A stretch of DNA of 64,000 nt. Origin: Hormiphora californensis. Taxonomy: Eukaryota; Animalia; Ctenophora. This document shows positions 1-11,185 of the stretch, in pieces. The translations under genes and the position numbers were made by a program. The notes under the pieces are model-generated. The model saw only the letters and a list, made by a program, of their open reading frames with translations. It was not told the DNA's origin and searched no databases. The first letter of the stretch is position 1; each line of letters starts with the position of its first letter. Where the stretch lies: NCBI GenBank assembly GCA_020137815.1, contig CM035360.1:7316001-7380000 (forward strand). Direction: 5' to 3'.

Positions 1-90
1 TTAACTGTTTAAATTACACTCTGGGCATTTTTACGACTTAATAAAATGCCAAAATTCCCAGCTCTCTAACATCTTCCTTCCTCTCTGCAG

Positions 91-285
91 GGTGAGATAT
101 ACACCGAGAACTCGTTAGTTCAACAGCATACATACCAGGAAATATTTGAGCACCATGAGGTCTACTTCCCATCTTGTACATCCTGTCACAGGGGCCACGG
201 ATCTGGAATGGTGGAGGAGGATTACCTGGCACAGAACTTCTGGAAGATGGACTTTGTTGAAATTGATGAGAGTGAATTGGCGTGA
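91..285 (+). CDS. Terminal coding exon of an unidentified gene whose upstream exons lie outside the window
   Basis: Branch-like CTCTAAC, pyrimidine tract and TGCAG acceptor end at 90. Only frame 0 stays open: GEIYTENSLVQQHTYQEIFEHHEVYFPSCTSCHRGHGSGMVEEDYLAQNFWKMDFVEIDESELA* (TGA 283-285). AATAAA near 940. Confidence 0.6.
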   Translation, partial: GEIYTENSLVQQHTYQEIFEHHEVYFPSCTSCHRGHGSGMVEEDYLAQNFWKMDFVEIDESELA

Positions 286-1269
286 ATACCAGGGACTTGT
301 TTTGTTCAAACCCGGGGTGCGGGGAAACAGGGTCGAGCAAGGCAAGCTTGCGCAAGGGACTTCCCGGTCGCTCTCCAAAGCAAACGAGGGGTGTGACAGA
401 AGTTGATTTTGTGATGAGGAGATGAGGGAGATTTTGTGTGATAAATCGAGATGATGTTTTCTTTTTTAATGATTTTTTTCTGTGTTATCTTGTGTGTGGG
501 ATCAGAGTAGGGTAATTGATGTGCTTGTAGAGCTATGCCACCAGTCCTACTACCGCGTGTAGTCTGAAGGACTGTTTGGCACCACAGTTCCCTTATTTGA
601 GTGGGGTCTAGTGCCGCCAGACAGACAAGGGAGGCGCTGTTTCAGCAATCCGTTTACAAAATTGTCTGACAATATTTTTTGTCAACTTGGTGCCGTGCAG
701 TTGGTATATGATCCTATACCCACCGCTACCTCGGCTGTATGTATTTCCAATGCCCCTCTCTCGTGGAAGGCTTGGAAAGATCCAAATTAACGTGGTATGG
801 AAAGATGTGTGTTGTTAGCTCTTCCTTTTTTGATTATTTGATTTCGTGCTCTCTTTCTATTGACTATGACATGTGTATATCATAGCTTCTTAGCTGTATA
901 TTGTTTGTGTCAGAAAATCACCGTGTTTTGATTTGTTCCAATAAAGTAGGGGTTATCCAATCATTGAACACTTGGCGAACATGTTTCAGTGTTACAGTGC
1001 TGCTTGCAGTCAAAATACGGTAACGCAAAATACAGTAGAGACGCGCATGGTGCATAACGCGCAGCAAAAAGTTCATGTGTTAGCACGTACTAGCGCCCTG
1101 ATTGGTCACGGTTGCGCGTCGTCTTACTGTATCTTCGTTTTCCATTACCGTTTTCCCACTACAAGCGACCGTGTTACTGCCAGCTTGGATAACCCCTAAC
1201 AATTATATAAGGGATGGCATGGCCACTCCAAACCCGGTTTAGTTCTCTCGGCAGTGCGATAAGATCGGA

Positions 1270-2040
1270 CGGCAAATGTTCATTTGCCGCAGATGTCGTC
1301 TAGACCCTTTCTAGACGGAGTCAGACGGGTTTGAGACGTGCGTCTGAAGCCCGTTTAGACGGCACGTCTGAAACGGTCCCTACCCGTTTAGACAAAGTTA
1401 GACGGAGTTGGGCGAAGTCAGACGGAATCTATGAAATCAGACGGAAACCAAACCCATCTCAAACACGTCTGAACAGTGAACGTCGCCAATAGAAATACGG
1501 GAATACCGTCTCAAGCCCGTCTACAGCTAACCACGTTTAAACTTGGCTGCGAAGCAGCCCCTCCGCAGGAGTGTGAGGGGTTCGCGAAAAATCGCGCGCG
1601 AAAAAAGAGGGCGCGACGTGCCCAACGTTTAAATAAACGGGTTTTGGCCCAGACGGGCTTGAGACGGAGTTAGACGGGCTTTGGTAATGAAATTACCCCT
1701 CTGTTATTATTGCCCATACTATACAATATCAGGGGTGACTTCGTAACCAAGACGGGCTAGAGACGTGGTTGAGACGGAATTTCTATTGGCGACGTTCAGA
1801 CGTGCTTGAGACGGGTTTGTTTTCTGTCTGAGATTCCAACAATCAACATTCCGTCTGATTTCGTCCAACTCCGTCCAACTTTGTCTGAACGGGTAGAGAC
1901 CGTTTCAAACGTGCGGTCTAAAGCGGACGCACGTCTCAAACCCGTCTGACTCCTTCTATACGCCGTCGGGTGTAAAAACCGTCTAGACGGCGTTGGGACA
2001 CCGTGTCTAGATGACGTCTGCGGCAAATTAACATTTGCCG
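1270..2040. mobile_element. Non-autonomous DNA element (MITE) with long imperfect inverted arms
   Basis: CGGCAAATGTTCATTTGCCGCAGATGTCGTCTAGAC at the left end is mirrored by GTCTAGATGACGTCTGCGGCAAATTAACATTTGCCG at the right. Many internal AGACGG/CCGTCT motifs. Confidence 0.75.
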
Positions 2041-2275
2041 GACGAGTGCCAAGATGCAGTTCCTTTGAGGTTGCTGTCTGGCCGTCTGGGACCACAGACC
2101 CCTTTCCAGTTTTAATTCATTGTACTCATATCTATATATCGGTGTTGTCTATAGTATCAAAATGAAACACGGTGGATCATGGTTGGACGAATGGGCGATT
2201 CAGAAGATCACCTTAATTAGGAATGGTAAAACTTGAACATAGCTAATATCAAAAAGTCTATCACGGTCGCTTGTA

Positions 2276-2406
2276 AAGTGAAAGCGAAACAACAACGAAC
2301 TGGCTGCCCGTCGCGCATTCGTTGCGCATAACGATCTCACCGGTGAGATTCACATGCGCAACGTTGTTCGACGCACAGCCAGTTCGTTGTTGTTTCGCTT
2401 TCACTT
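2276..2406. mobile_element. 131-bp palindromic MITE with TA duplication
   Basis: TA|AAGTGAAAGCGAAACAACAACGAACTGGCTG...CAGCCAGTTCGTTGTTGTTTCGCTTTCACTT|TA. The sister repeat copy (~1155-1173) shows the empty single-TA site. Confidence 0.85.
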
Positions 2407-2714
2407 TAGTGGGAAAACGGTAATGGAAAACGGAGATACAGTAAGACGACGCGCAACCGTGGCCAATCAGGGCGCTAGTACGTGCTGAACACATGCACTT
2501 TTTGCCGCGCGTTATGCAACGTGCGCGTCTCATTACTGTATTTCCATTACGGTAATGCGACTACAAGTAGCACTGTAACATCTCATACACAACCCAAGAG
2601 AGAAAGGACCACGTTCATGGTTCTGTTGATATGAATCGTCCAAAACTCTCTAAAATGTCGAATATCCATTTACTTGTACATGTACTACTTGTTATAGTCC
2701 CTGTCATCGATTAA

Positions 2715-3168
2715 AGGTTGACAAGATACCTAAAACTTTTTTTTCGTATATCGTCTTATTTTGATTTATCATTAATTTTCAGCATTTTTTCAGAATTTTT
2801 TGTCGGCTAGAAAAAAATTCGAAATAGGGGGTCTACCGATATTGTCAGCACTGGTTTTACTGGGCACACTCACTGCGTCTCGCAAATTGAAATTCACGTT
2901 TCCGGTTCCTCAAAAGATAAAGACTTGATCTTGGTTGCGTTGGATTGGTCTCAATAAGACCTTTCCAACGCTACCAAAACGGTTTCTGTATCTCATCAGG
3001 AACCGGAGATATTACGTTATCAATTTTAAAAAAGGCACACTCATTTGTCAGTAGACCCCCTATTTTGCACATATTTCTAGCCGACAAAAAATTCTGAAAA
3101 AATGCTGAAAATTAATGATAAATCAAAATAAGACGATATACGAAAAGTTTTAGGTATCTTGTCAACCT
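2715..3168. mobile_element. MITE with ~100-bp TIRs, Kolobok-like (TTAA|AGG...CCT)
   Basis: AGGTTGACAAGATACCTAAAAC...GTCGGCTAGAAA is inverted at ~3074-3168. Left flank TTAA, right flank degenerate. Confidence 0.75.
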
Positions 3169-3440
3169 CAATCTCGTATCTCAATCTGCATTCTGCAGTG
3201 GCTTGGTATCTGCAGTGCAGTGGCAATTGGTATCTGACGGCTGAACATCTGGACATTTCATCCAATTCCCCTGTAAAGTTGTCCATCATCATGCGGCAGT
3301 CATTGAAACTTAGCAATTCTCCATCTAATCCACCTGAAACAATGCTTGGGATAAAAGCAAGCCAAACACCTGGGTACTTTTTGTAACTTGATCACATTGA
3401 TGGTGAAATGGGAAATGGGATTGGACTGTGGATCCATACT

Positions 3441-3566
3441 ATCCTAGATCCAGATCCTAGATCCATATCCTAGATCCAGATCCTAGATCCATATCCTAGA
3501 TCCATATCCTAGATCCAGATCCTAGATCCATATCCTAGATCCAGATCCTAGGATCCATATCCTAGA
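3441..3566. repeat. 13-bp minisatellite (ATCCTAGATCCAG/T), about 10 copies
   Basis: Directly visible tandem array. Confidence 0.9.
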
Positions 3567-4206
3567 CAAATGTCCAATTAACCCGTTAACTAAAAGAGCA
3601 GAGAGGCTCCAATTGATCTCTTCTCGTCCCCATTTGTCTGCCCAGTCTGGCCCTCCCTTTCTAGTATACAGAGTGTCCCCCTATGCGTTACCCTTACTAC
3701 TATTACTATACAGACCACGTGTGTCTCTAGATGGAGGTCAGGGGGATATTGATAAGTTGTATCACAACCTAAGTGTGGGACATCGCACTGCGAGATGATT
3801 ATTGTGATATGCAAATTAGTAAGAGTGAGCTGGAGAACACAGAATGAGAGAGAGGGAGAGAACAGAGAGAGGGAGAGAGAGAGATCCCCGCAAAAAATGC
3901 ACCACCTGAGTTTTACCATGGGGGCAATATAGTACTACTACAATATCACTATCTGTACTTCGCGTGACTTAGGACAGTAAAGGACATTACCGGCATATAG
4001 CCACGTGGAGATATATATGATATAGTGATTGGTGTCCCCCCGTAGTTTATAATAGACCTCAGGGAGCTGCAGTGACTCTCTATCTTTCTATCTTCCTCTC
4101 TCTCCCCCTCTCTCTCATTTTCTGGTGGCTTATCAAAGATAGAGCCATTGTCCTCTCCGATGATCTTTCGTAGATTGAGATATTGCAATTGTCGTACAAT
4201 GATCAT

Positions 4207-4240
<34 letters not shown>

Positions 4241-4493
4241 GAGAAAGAGAGAGTGAGAAATTGTGTGATAAATGGGGAACGACAGGGCCCTGCAGGGCAA
4301 CGGAAAGGTAGAGAGATATGAATACAATAATATCTCATAGGACCAGAACTAATTTCCATGTGCCCCCTCCCCAGTCCCCCTCCCACAATTGCTGCACCCC
4401 ATCACCATTTCCCCAATCATGTCCATGATAGCATTGCAATATTGCATTGCTTTTGAATTGTGCTGTTATCAGGAGCAGCTATAGTCACTGATA

Positions 4494-4562
4494 CTGTCAG
4501 AGCATTGGCCTGACCCATTCTCGGAGCGCGCGAGAACTGTGGTCAGAGCATTGGCCTGACAG
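4494..4562. mobile_element. 69-bp mini-element (CTGTCAG...CTGACAG), 8-bp TSD CACTGATA
   Basis: TSD at 4486-4493 and 4563-4570. Family members at 9957-10054 and 33945-34020. Confidence 0.85.
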
Positions 4563-5639
4563 CACTGATACCAGTTGGCATTTGCATACTCATAGCTCTA
4601 GTATTTCAAGTAGAGATGAATAATAGATCTAGCACCTTTCAGTTCCTGATTTGTTGAGTAATAACACGACTCAATTTGTTCCTTGTACTGCTGCATACCC
4701 TTCCTAGCACTGTTGCAGTAGGACTAGGAGACCTTGAAGTATTAGCCAGTAGGCCTACCTCAAGGAACTAGACAGCTCGAGGTTTGACCAAGTCTTGGCC
4801 CTCAACTCATTACCGCATGTTGTTCGGTGAAATAAATGACAGCTTTCTAGCTCTCTGACGTAGATCTATATAATTATACAGGTCCCCCTCTCCTGCCTAG
4901 CACACCCCGTGTTGAGTTCTCAAAACCAACATTTAGATCGGATGTTTGGACAATATACCCCGGTTAGGATCACGTCGTGTATTGAGGATCGCCGGTATTG
5001 ATCTTCCAGATCCACATGAATATCTGGGAAGGTGCGGCATATATGACTGTGGTGTTGGTGGCCGGATATATAATCTAACCCCCCTCCCCCGATATAATCT
5101 ATCCTAATATCTAGTCGGGGATATCGTGATGGATATATTTGATGGAGTTTATCTATTGGGCCCCGATAAATTCAATTGTTTAGCCAGACGCCGTTTATCC
5201 TGCTAAGTTGCACAATAGTATCAGTCCATCAGCGGCCATCTAGTATATTCAACTCTCTGTGTTAGTTCGACCATCAATTTCAATAGAGTTGAATAGATTA
5301 ATGATTGGACTGTGACGAAGCCTTCTCTTTATTTTCACTCAACTCAATAGTTACTAGCTGTTACTATGTTAATTCTAGTTGATTCTAATCAAACCCCTCT
5401 CACCCCTCATTGGACCCCTCTCACCCCCCACATTTACATGACAAGAAGAAGTTAAGTAACAAAAGGTTGCCTCGTAATAGATGATATATATTGATGAGTC
5501 GACAACCGTGTGGTATTGTTGAAAGCTATGCTCAGGGGGCGTAGAGTGGCTATTTTCAATTTCATTTCTAAACAGCTTTCACACCCCATTAATAATATCA
5601 GTAGCGCTTGACCCTTCACTGATTCATAAGATCTGTAGA

Positions 5640-5647
5640 TCTCTCTC

Positions 5648-5707
<60 letters not shown>

Positions 5708-5970
5708 CTCTCTCCTCTCTTCTCTCTCTCTCTCTCCCCTCTCACTTACTAATAGATTTCACGATGTCGAGTCGGTGCGCTCGCTATATGCAAATGATCA
5801 GTACAGATTAATAACGCGGGAGAGAGAGAGAGAGAGAGGGAGAGAGAGAGAGAGGCAGCACTGAGAGTAGAGAGAGAAGGAGAGATGGAGAGATGAGAGA
5901 GAGAGAGACGGAGAGAGAGGCAGAGGAGATGAGAGAGAGAGAGAGAGAGTGAGAGAGAGAGAGAGAGAGG
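5640..5970. repeat. (CT)n tract followed by a (GA)n tract; further GA/CT microsatellites near 4210, 11130, 21195, 24240, 27860-28105, 32365, 33735, 38960 and 48680
   Basis: Directly visible. These tracts explain the ERER/SLSL pseudo-ORFs. Confidence 0.95.
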
Positions 5971-6711
5971 GAGGATAGTTTGTGACTGTAGATCCCAATT
6001 GTCCCACAATCCACATGTGTTAAATCTTCTATAACGCCTCTCCCCTCACTCCCCCTCTATAACAGGGGTTGCCAGTTAGTTAGACTCAGACTTGATATTC
6101 CTTCAATTGCAGTGATGAAAACACAACGTCTTTCCTAGGAATCCTACGCGTTGTAGCCTAGTTAAAGTTGTATCCTTTATGTGAACTAATGTGTGATAAA
6201 TATGTTGTCTCGGTAGGACTCATTAGTTCTAGGCTCCTGAGTTCACTTAGCTCTAGCTAGGACGGGTTAAAAGAATTCGTGTCGTATTGAACTGGCTCTT
6301 GTCTAGGGCCGTGCAAGATGTAGTAAGATCTTGATCTTCGAACAATTTGATAATGATATAAATGTATTAAGTCTTTACCATTAATTGGTTACTGTATCCT
6401 AGAAATTTCAGCGGTACCCCACCGACAAACAGACTTAAAATTTTGGCACTAGAAAGAAATGAAGGGAAGCAGATAAATGAGAAAGAGAAGAGAAGAGAGA
6501 AAGAGAAGAGAGATGTGAGAAAGAGAAGAGAGAGGTGTACGGAAGAGAAGAGAGAAAGAGAAGAGAGAGAGAGAGAGAGAAAGAGAAGAGAGGTGTACGG
6601 AAGCTACTGAAACTAGGAAGAATTGTAACATAAAACCAAGCTGTCTCGTGATAAAAACAACTTTATTTCGCTTGTTATCTTCGTTTGTTTTGTTGTTGAT
6701 TCCTACAAAAT

Positions 6712-9700
6712 ATGGACTGGATCTATTCCTGGATCACTCCGCCACAACCACTCAATTTCGAGGGAGATGCGGTTAGTCTCAATTCTGCGGGGGAAACTAT
6801 GCTGAGCTTGGATTTTGAAACAGAGGCCATAAGTTTGAAGTCTGGTGCTCCGAAAAAGGTGAATGATTTCCACATGGGTCCAGGGACACTCAAGGTGTCG
6901 ATGTTACTTCACTCTGAGGCCAGGGAAAACCTATGTAAGGTAAGCCAACGATCAGGGTGAACTACTAAACAATACGAGTTCGATTCGTCATGGCTGTCAA
7001 TGTGATCCTCGGCCTCGCTCTTCTGAGCGTAGTAATCAGTGTGTTGCCTGACAACTCACTAGAAACAAAAAGATCAAACCCTCTGAACCAGGCGATGAGG
7101 TCTACAGAGGGCTACAAGGGAGGAAGCTTCCTATACTTTGAGGGAGGGAAGGAGAAGAAGAAATTTGATACTGACAGAAACTATACAATCTTTCGACAGG
7201 TATTATACCCTTTGAGTCGCTTGACACTGTGTCCGTGCTCCGTATAATTTAAAGTACCCTTATATGTCAATGCGTATACAGGAGGAATCTATCCTTGCCA
7301 TACTTCATGACACTAGTGTCTCACGCAATGGGCCACGTTTGTCTGTTCATCTTCCACATTAACCCTACTGCTTGGGGAGCTAATCCCCTGCAATATTACA
7401 GGAGTCCTATTTCCACTGGCTGTTCGGTGTCAGGGAGCCCGGTTGTAGTGGAGCTGTTAACTGCGATACGGCCGAAGCGATCCTATTTATACCGAGAAGG
7501 GACGAAGAGTCAGTGGTTTGGAAGGGTCCGATCAGATCACAGAGCTGGTTCATTGAGAGGTACAACGTGGAGGAGTGTTTCTACGTAGACCAGATATCAT
7601 CGGTACGTACTGTTACACACCAGGAACCGACCGAACCGAGTAAACAACCAATCAGAGCTCGCTATTTAGGTCACGTGACTGGTTATCAGCCAATCAGGGA
7701 CCAGTATTTCCTGATTCGGTCGGTTCCTGTTACACACGCTACCTATAAAACGGAACTCACATGTATGATACATGGATCGGCAAGCGATTGTATGAATATG
7801 CCGATTGCCGTTTCCTCAGTTTAAAAAAAACAGTAACTAAAACTTAGTTGCCTGTCTGGCGCTAACTCGGTTATAGGTAGAATAGAGGTCACGTGACACA
7901 ACATGTAATCCCAACTAACTCTCTACAGGTTCTCTCATCACGAGGGGCAGGTAAAGTCTACCTAATGGAGGGAATGAACAGGTTCAGTTATGTGTCAACT
8001 ACTGCTCCCACATTCAGCTACATGGAGATGTTTGAGGTTCGATAAGAAGACAATGTACCCCCTTGCAGTGGCGGGTAGGGTTAGGAAGACAGATCGGGAG
8101 GTTGATGTTATCAAGTGAGTTAGATAGGAACTCCACATGAGACGTAAGCAAATTGGAATCTGTGACAGAACCTATTCGTGTAGTATGGCAGAAAACCGAA
8201 ACTTTCCAGTTTCCTTAACCCCTTAACTTGCGCCGCCAGACAACTAACTTGTATCTCTCAATGTACTACCGGGACCAGTAGATAAGGCAATCTGAACAAC
8301 AACCACCCCCCCCCCACCTCAGATACATCACCAAGATCACGTGTGAAGGACACAAGAGAGTGATGAGATCAGTTCGGCCTGGTATAATGGAGTACCAAGT
8401 TTCAAGCATCTTCATGTACTATTGTTACAAGTTTGGGGGAGGCAGGGAGATGGGGTACATACCCATTTGTCCATCTGGAGACAGGTAACTTAAATGGAAA
8501 GCGAAAGGAGAGATAGAACATGAGGAGAGAAAGATAGACAAAAGATAGAGGCAGAGATAGAGAGAGACAAAAAGAAGTAAAAAAACAGTTCCACCACCTA
8601 CACCAGGAGTAAAATAGAGGCAGAGATAAAGAGACAAAAAGAAGTAAAAAAACAGTTCCACCTCCACAGAGACAGAGATACAAATAGGGACAAACAGAGA
8701 TATAGAGACAAAAAGAAGTAAAAAAACAGTTCCACCTCCACCAGGAGTAAGATTCTGCACTATGGGGGACAGAGTGCCCCTAACGACTTCCAGATCCAGG
8801 ACGGGGATATGTGTTTGTTTGACATGGGTGGGGAGTATCACTGTTATCTAACTGATATCACTACCTCATTCCCTGTCAATGGGCGGTTCACTGAGACTCA
8901 GAGGACGGTGTATAACATTGTATTGGAGACCATGCAGGATGTAGTTAATGCCATCAAACCGGGTTAGTACTGAGTTACTTACAGTTTATACGTGGTACGA
9001 ACTGCAGGAACCTAGACAGAAAATCACATCTTTTTGTAATCTGAAAAGAACCGAAACTTCAAACTGATTCAAAGATCCTACCATAGAATGCTGCACTGAT
9101 CATTCACCACTCTCTAGGTTACACATGGAGAGAAGCAAGGCGGCAGTGTTACAAGTCCCTACTAGGATATCTAAAGAGAGAGGGACTTGTTGTGGGTGAG
9201 GTTCAGGAGATGTATGATGCCAAACTACACCGGGTATTCATGCCCCATGGTATTGGACACTTTATAGGCTGTAAGTAATATATGGGCTGTAAGTAAATTA
9301 TAGGCTGTAAGTAATTTATCGGCTGTAAGTAATTTATAGGCTGTAAGTACCTACCTACTTCTCTTATCTCATAATATCTGTAAGTAATTCGATCTGATCT
9401 AGACGAGATCAAATGACAGTGATCTACTTGGATGTTCTAACCAATATTTTACAAAATTTGATGTGGTAAGAGAGGATTCGATCAGAGGATGGAGCAAGGC
9501 AATATACTTATTGTAACTCCCACTGCACAGGTGATGTTCACGATGTAGGGGGACAGGCTTCCTACTGGTGTTGGAGCGACAGTGAAGTTAAACACGTAGA
9601 CTGGTAAACTCTTCATGACAACCATCACATATATTGACATCACCATGACAACACCACATCAAATCACCAACAACAACACCACATCACCACACCACATCAC

Positions 9701-10391
9701 CATGACAACTTAACCATATGACAACCATCTCAACCAAGACCACGTCATGACAAGCATGGTAACATCCATGCCCCCATCCATGTTAGTCATGATAACTCTG
9801 CCTTATATGATGACACAACCCCAGGTACGATGATAGTCTAGAGTGGTGTCCCCTGGAGCGGAACATGGTGATGACTATTGAGCCGGGATGTTATTTTAAT
9901 GATGTACTACTGGATCCCGCCATACAAGACGAGAAACAAGGTTGGGTGATTCTATCTTGTCAGCTGCCAATGTTCTGACCACAGTTCACGCGCACTCCAC
10001 GTGCAGAACTTATTTGAAAGAAATGAGAATAGAGTCAGGCCAATGCTCTGACAGATTCTATCTAAATCTGTAAATTCACTTTGAATAGTATAACATCTAT
10101 TTTAGCCCTGTAGCTGACAGCCTATCTTGTTGAGTAAGGGGTGGAAGGAGGCCACCCATTACTCAACTATGGCCTAACATTATACCTCCCCCTGCACTTT
10201 TAGGAAAGTTCATGGTTGCCGATGAGATATCTAGATACAGAGGAATGGGGGGAGTGAGGATAGAGGAGGTGTTTGTGATAACAGACGGGGGCTGTCAAGT
10301 AATCAGTGACTTACCCAGGACCGTTGAAGAAGTTGAAGCGTTCATGAGTAATCCAGCACCATCTGATATCCCCTTTCTTGATACGTTTTAG
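6712..10391 (+). CDS. PEPD: Xaa-Pro dipeptidase (prolidase, peptidase M24B), 10 exons, with a 1-nt frameshift at ~8038-8040
   Basis: Exons 6712-6939, 7092-7199, 7402-7602, 7929-8114, 8323-8484, 8745-8962, 9118-9270, 9531-9603, 9825-9940, 10204-10391, all GT-AG. Motifs [74 protein letters not shown] and PRTVEEVE match prolidase; all five metal ligands are present. Confidence 0.93.
7621..7729. mobile_element. 109-bp hAT-like MITE in PEPD intron 3
   Basis: TIRs CAGGAACCGACCGAA...TTCGGTCGGTTCCTG; 8-bp TSD TTACACAC (7613-7620 and 7730-7737). Confidence 0.9.
9957..10054. mobile_element. 98-bp member of the CTGTCAG mini-element family (reverse orientation) in PEPD intron 9
   Basis: 8-bp TSD ATTCTATC (9949-9956 and 10055-10062); right end GTCAGGCCAATGCTCTGACAG. 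Confidence 0.8.
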
Positions 10392-11123
10392 CAGCGCCTG
10401 CAGAACTGTGCCAGGAGTCTGATCTCCTATCAAGCATCGTCTGACTATGAGAAAAGATAAACAGTGATGGTTAGATAGTTTAAATGTAATTGGGGTTGGG
10501 GTATATAATAAGTCTGGTTTAAATAAATTTTGGTATGAATGAATAAATAATTTCCGTAATTTTGATTCCTACCCCACATTTTCAACTGAAGTATTTGTTT
10601 CTCTTTGTTCCCCACAACTTCAAATTTTCCATGCCACTATAATATACGATCACATATGCGACGAAATATCATTTGTCGATGTTGCTATTCTCCACAATAT
10701 GTTACTGTTAGAGAGGGAAAGATAGATAGATAGGGAGGAACGATCAGATAAGAGAGTGAGATTGAGAGAGATAGAAAAATATATTGATGGAAAAATATAT
10801 CGATTGGTAGATTGAAATATTAGTCATTATAGTGAATGGAATATTAGTCATATTCTCCAAGATCAACTATTATCATGCCATGTTGATCTGATCTATCTAT
10901 CTCTCTCTCCTTGTCTCTCTCTCTCTCTTTCCTTGTCTCTCCTGTTTTCCTTGTCTATCTTTGTTGCCATCTGCAATCAAGAAATCATGAGAGCTGGTCT
11001 CCTGAATATATTTCCAAAAATTATTATGCGTTGATCTGACGTGATCGTGGAAGTGTCATATTGCTGTCGCATACACCATATATAATAATGTGTATATGCT
11101 GGTAAGAAGCAATAATATTACAC

Positions 11124-11185
<62 letters not shown>

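Larger units (their letters stand above)
990..2580. repeat. Pair of ~185-bp inverted repeat copies (990-1173 and 2262-2580) enclosing a nested MITE cluster
   Basis: TGTTACAGTGCT...CCCACTACAAGCGACCGTG is the imperfect reverse complement of 2262-2580 once the 2276-2406 insert is removed. No TSD seen. Confidence 0.75.

Noticed and set aside
175-189. CxxCH (CTSCH) heme-c-like motif in the terminal exon
   Set aside because: A single five-residue motif with no cytochrome c context visible; likely chance or part of a metal-binding site.
5452-6016. ERER/SLSL-rich ORFs here and at 20849, 24237, 27926-28345, 32129-32570, 33642 and 38863
   Set aside because: Translations of (GA)n/(CT)n microsatellites.
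7513-7824. ORF containing [22 protein letters not shown]
   Set aside because: Read-through from a PEPD exon into the intronic hAT-like MITE; not a protein domain.
7852-8242. Inverted CTGTCTGGCG/CGCCAGACA ends flanking PEPD exon 4, suggesting exon capture
   Set aside because: The match is only ~10-15 bp with no TSD, and the exon is a native, colinear part of the gene.
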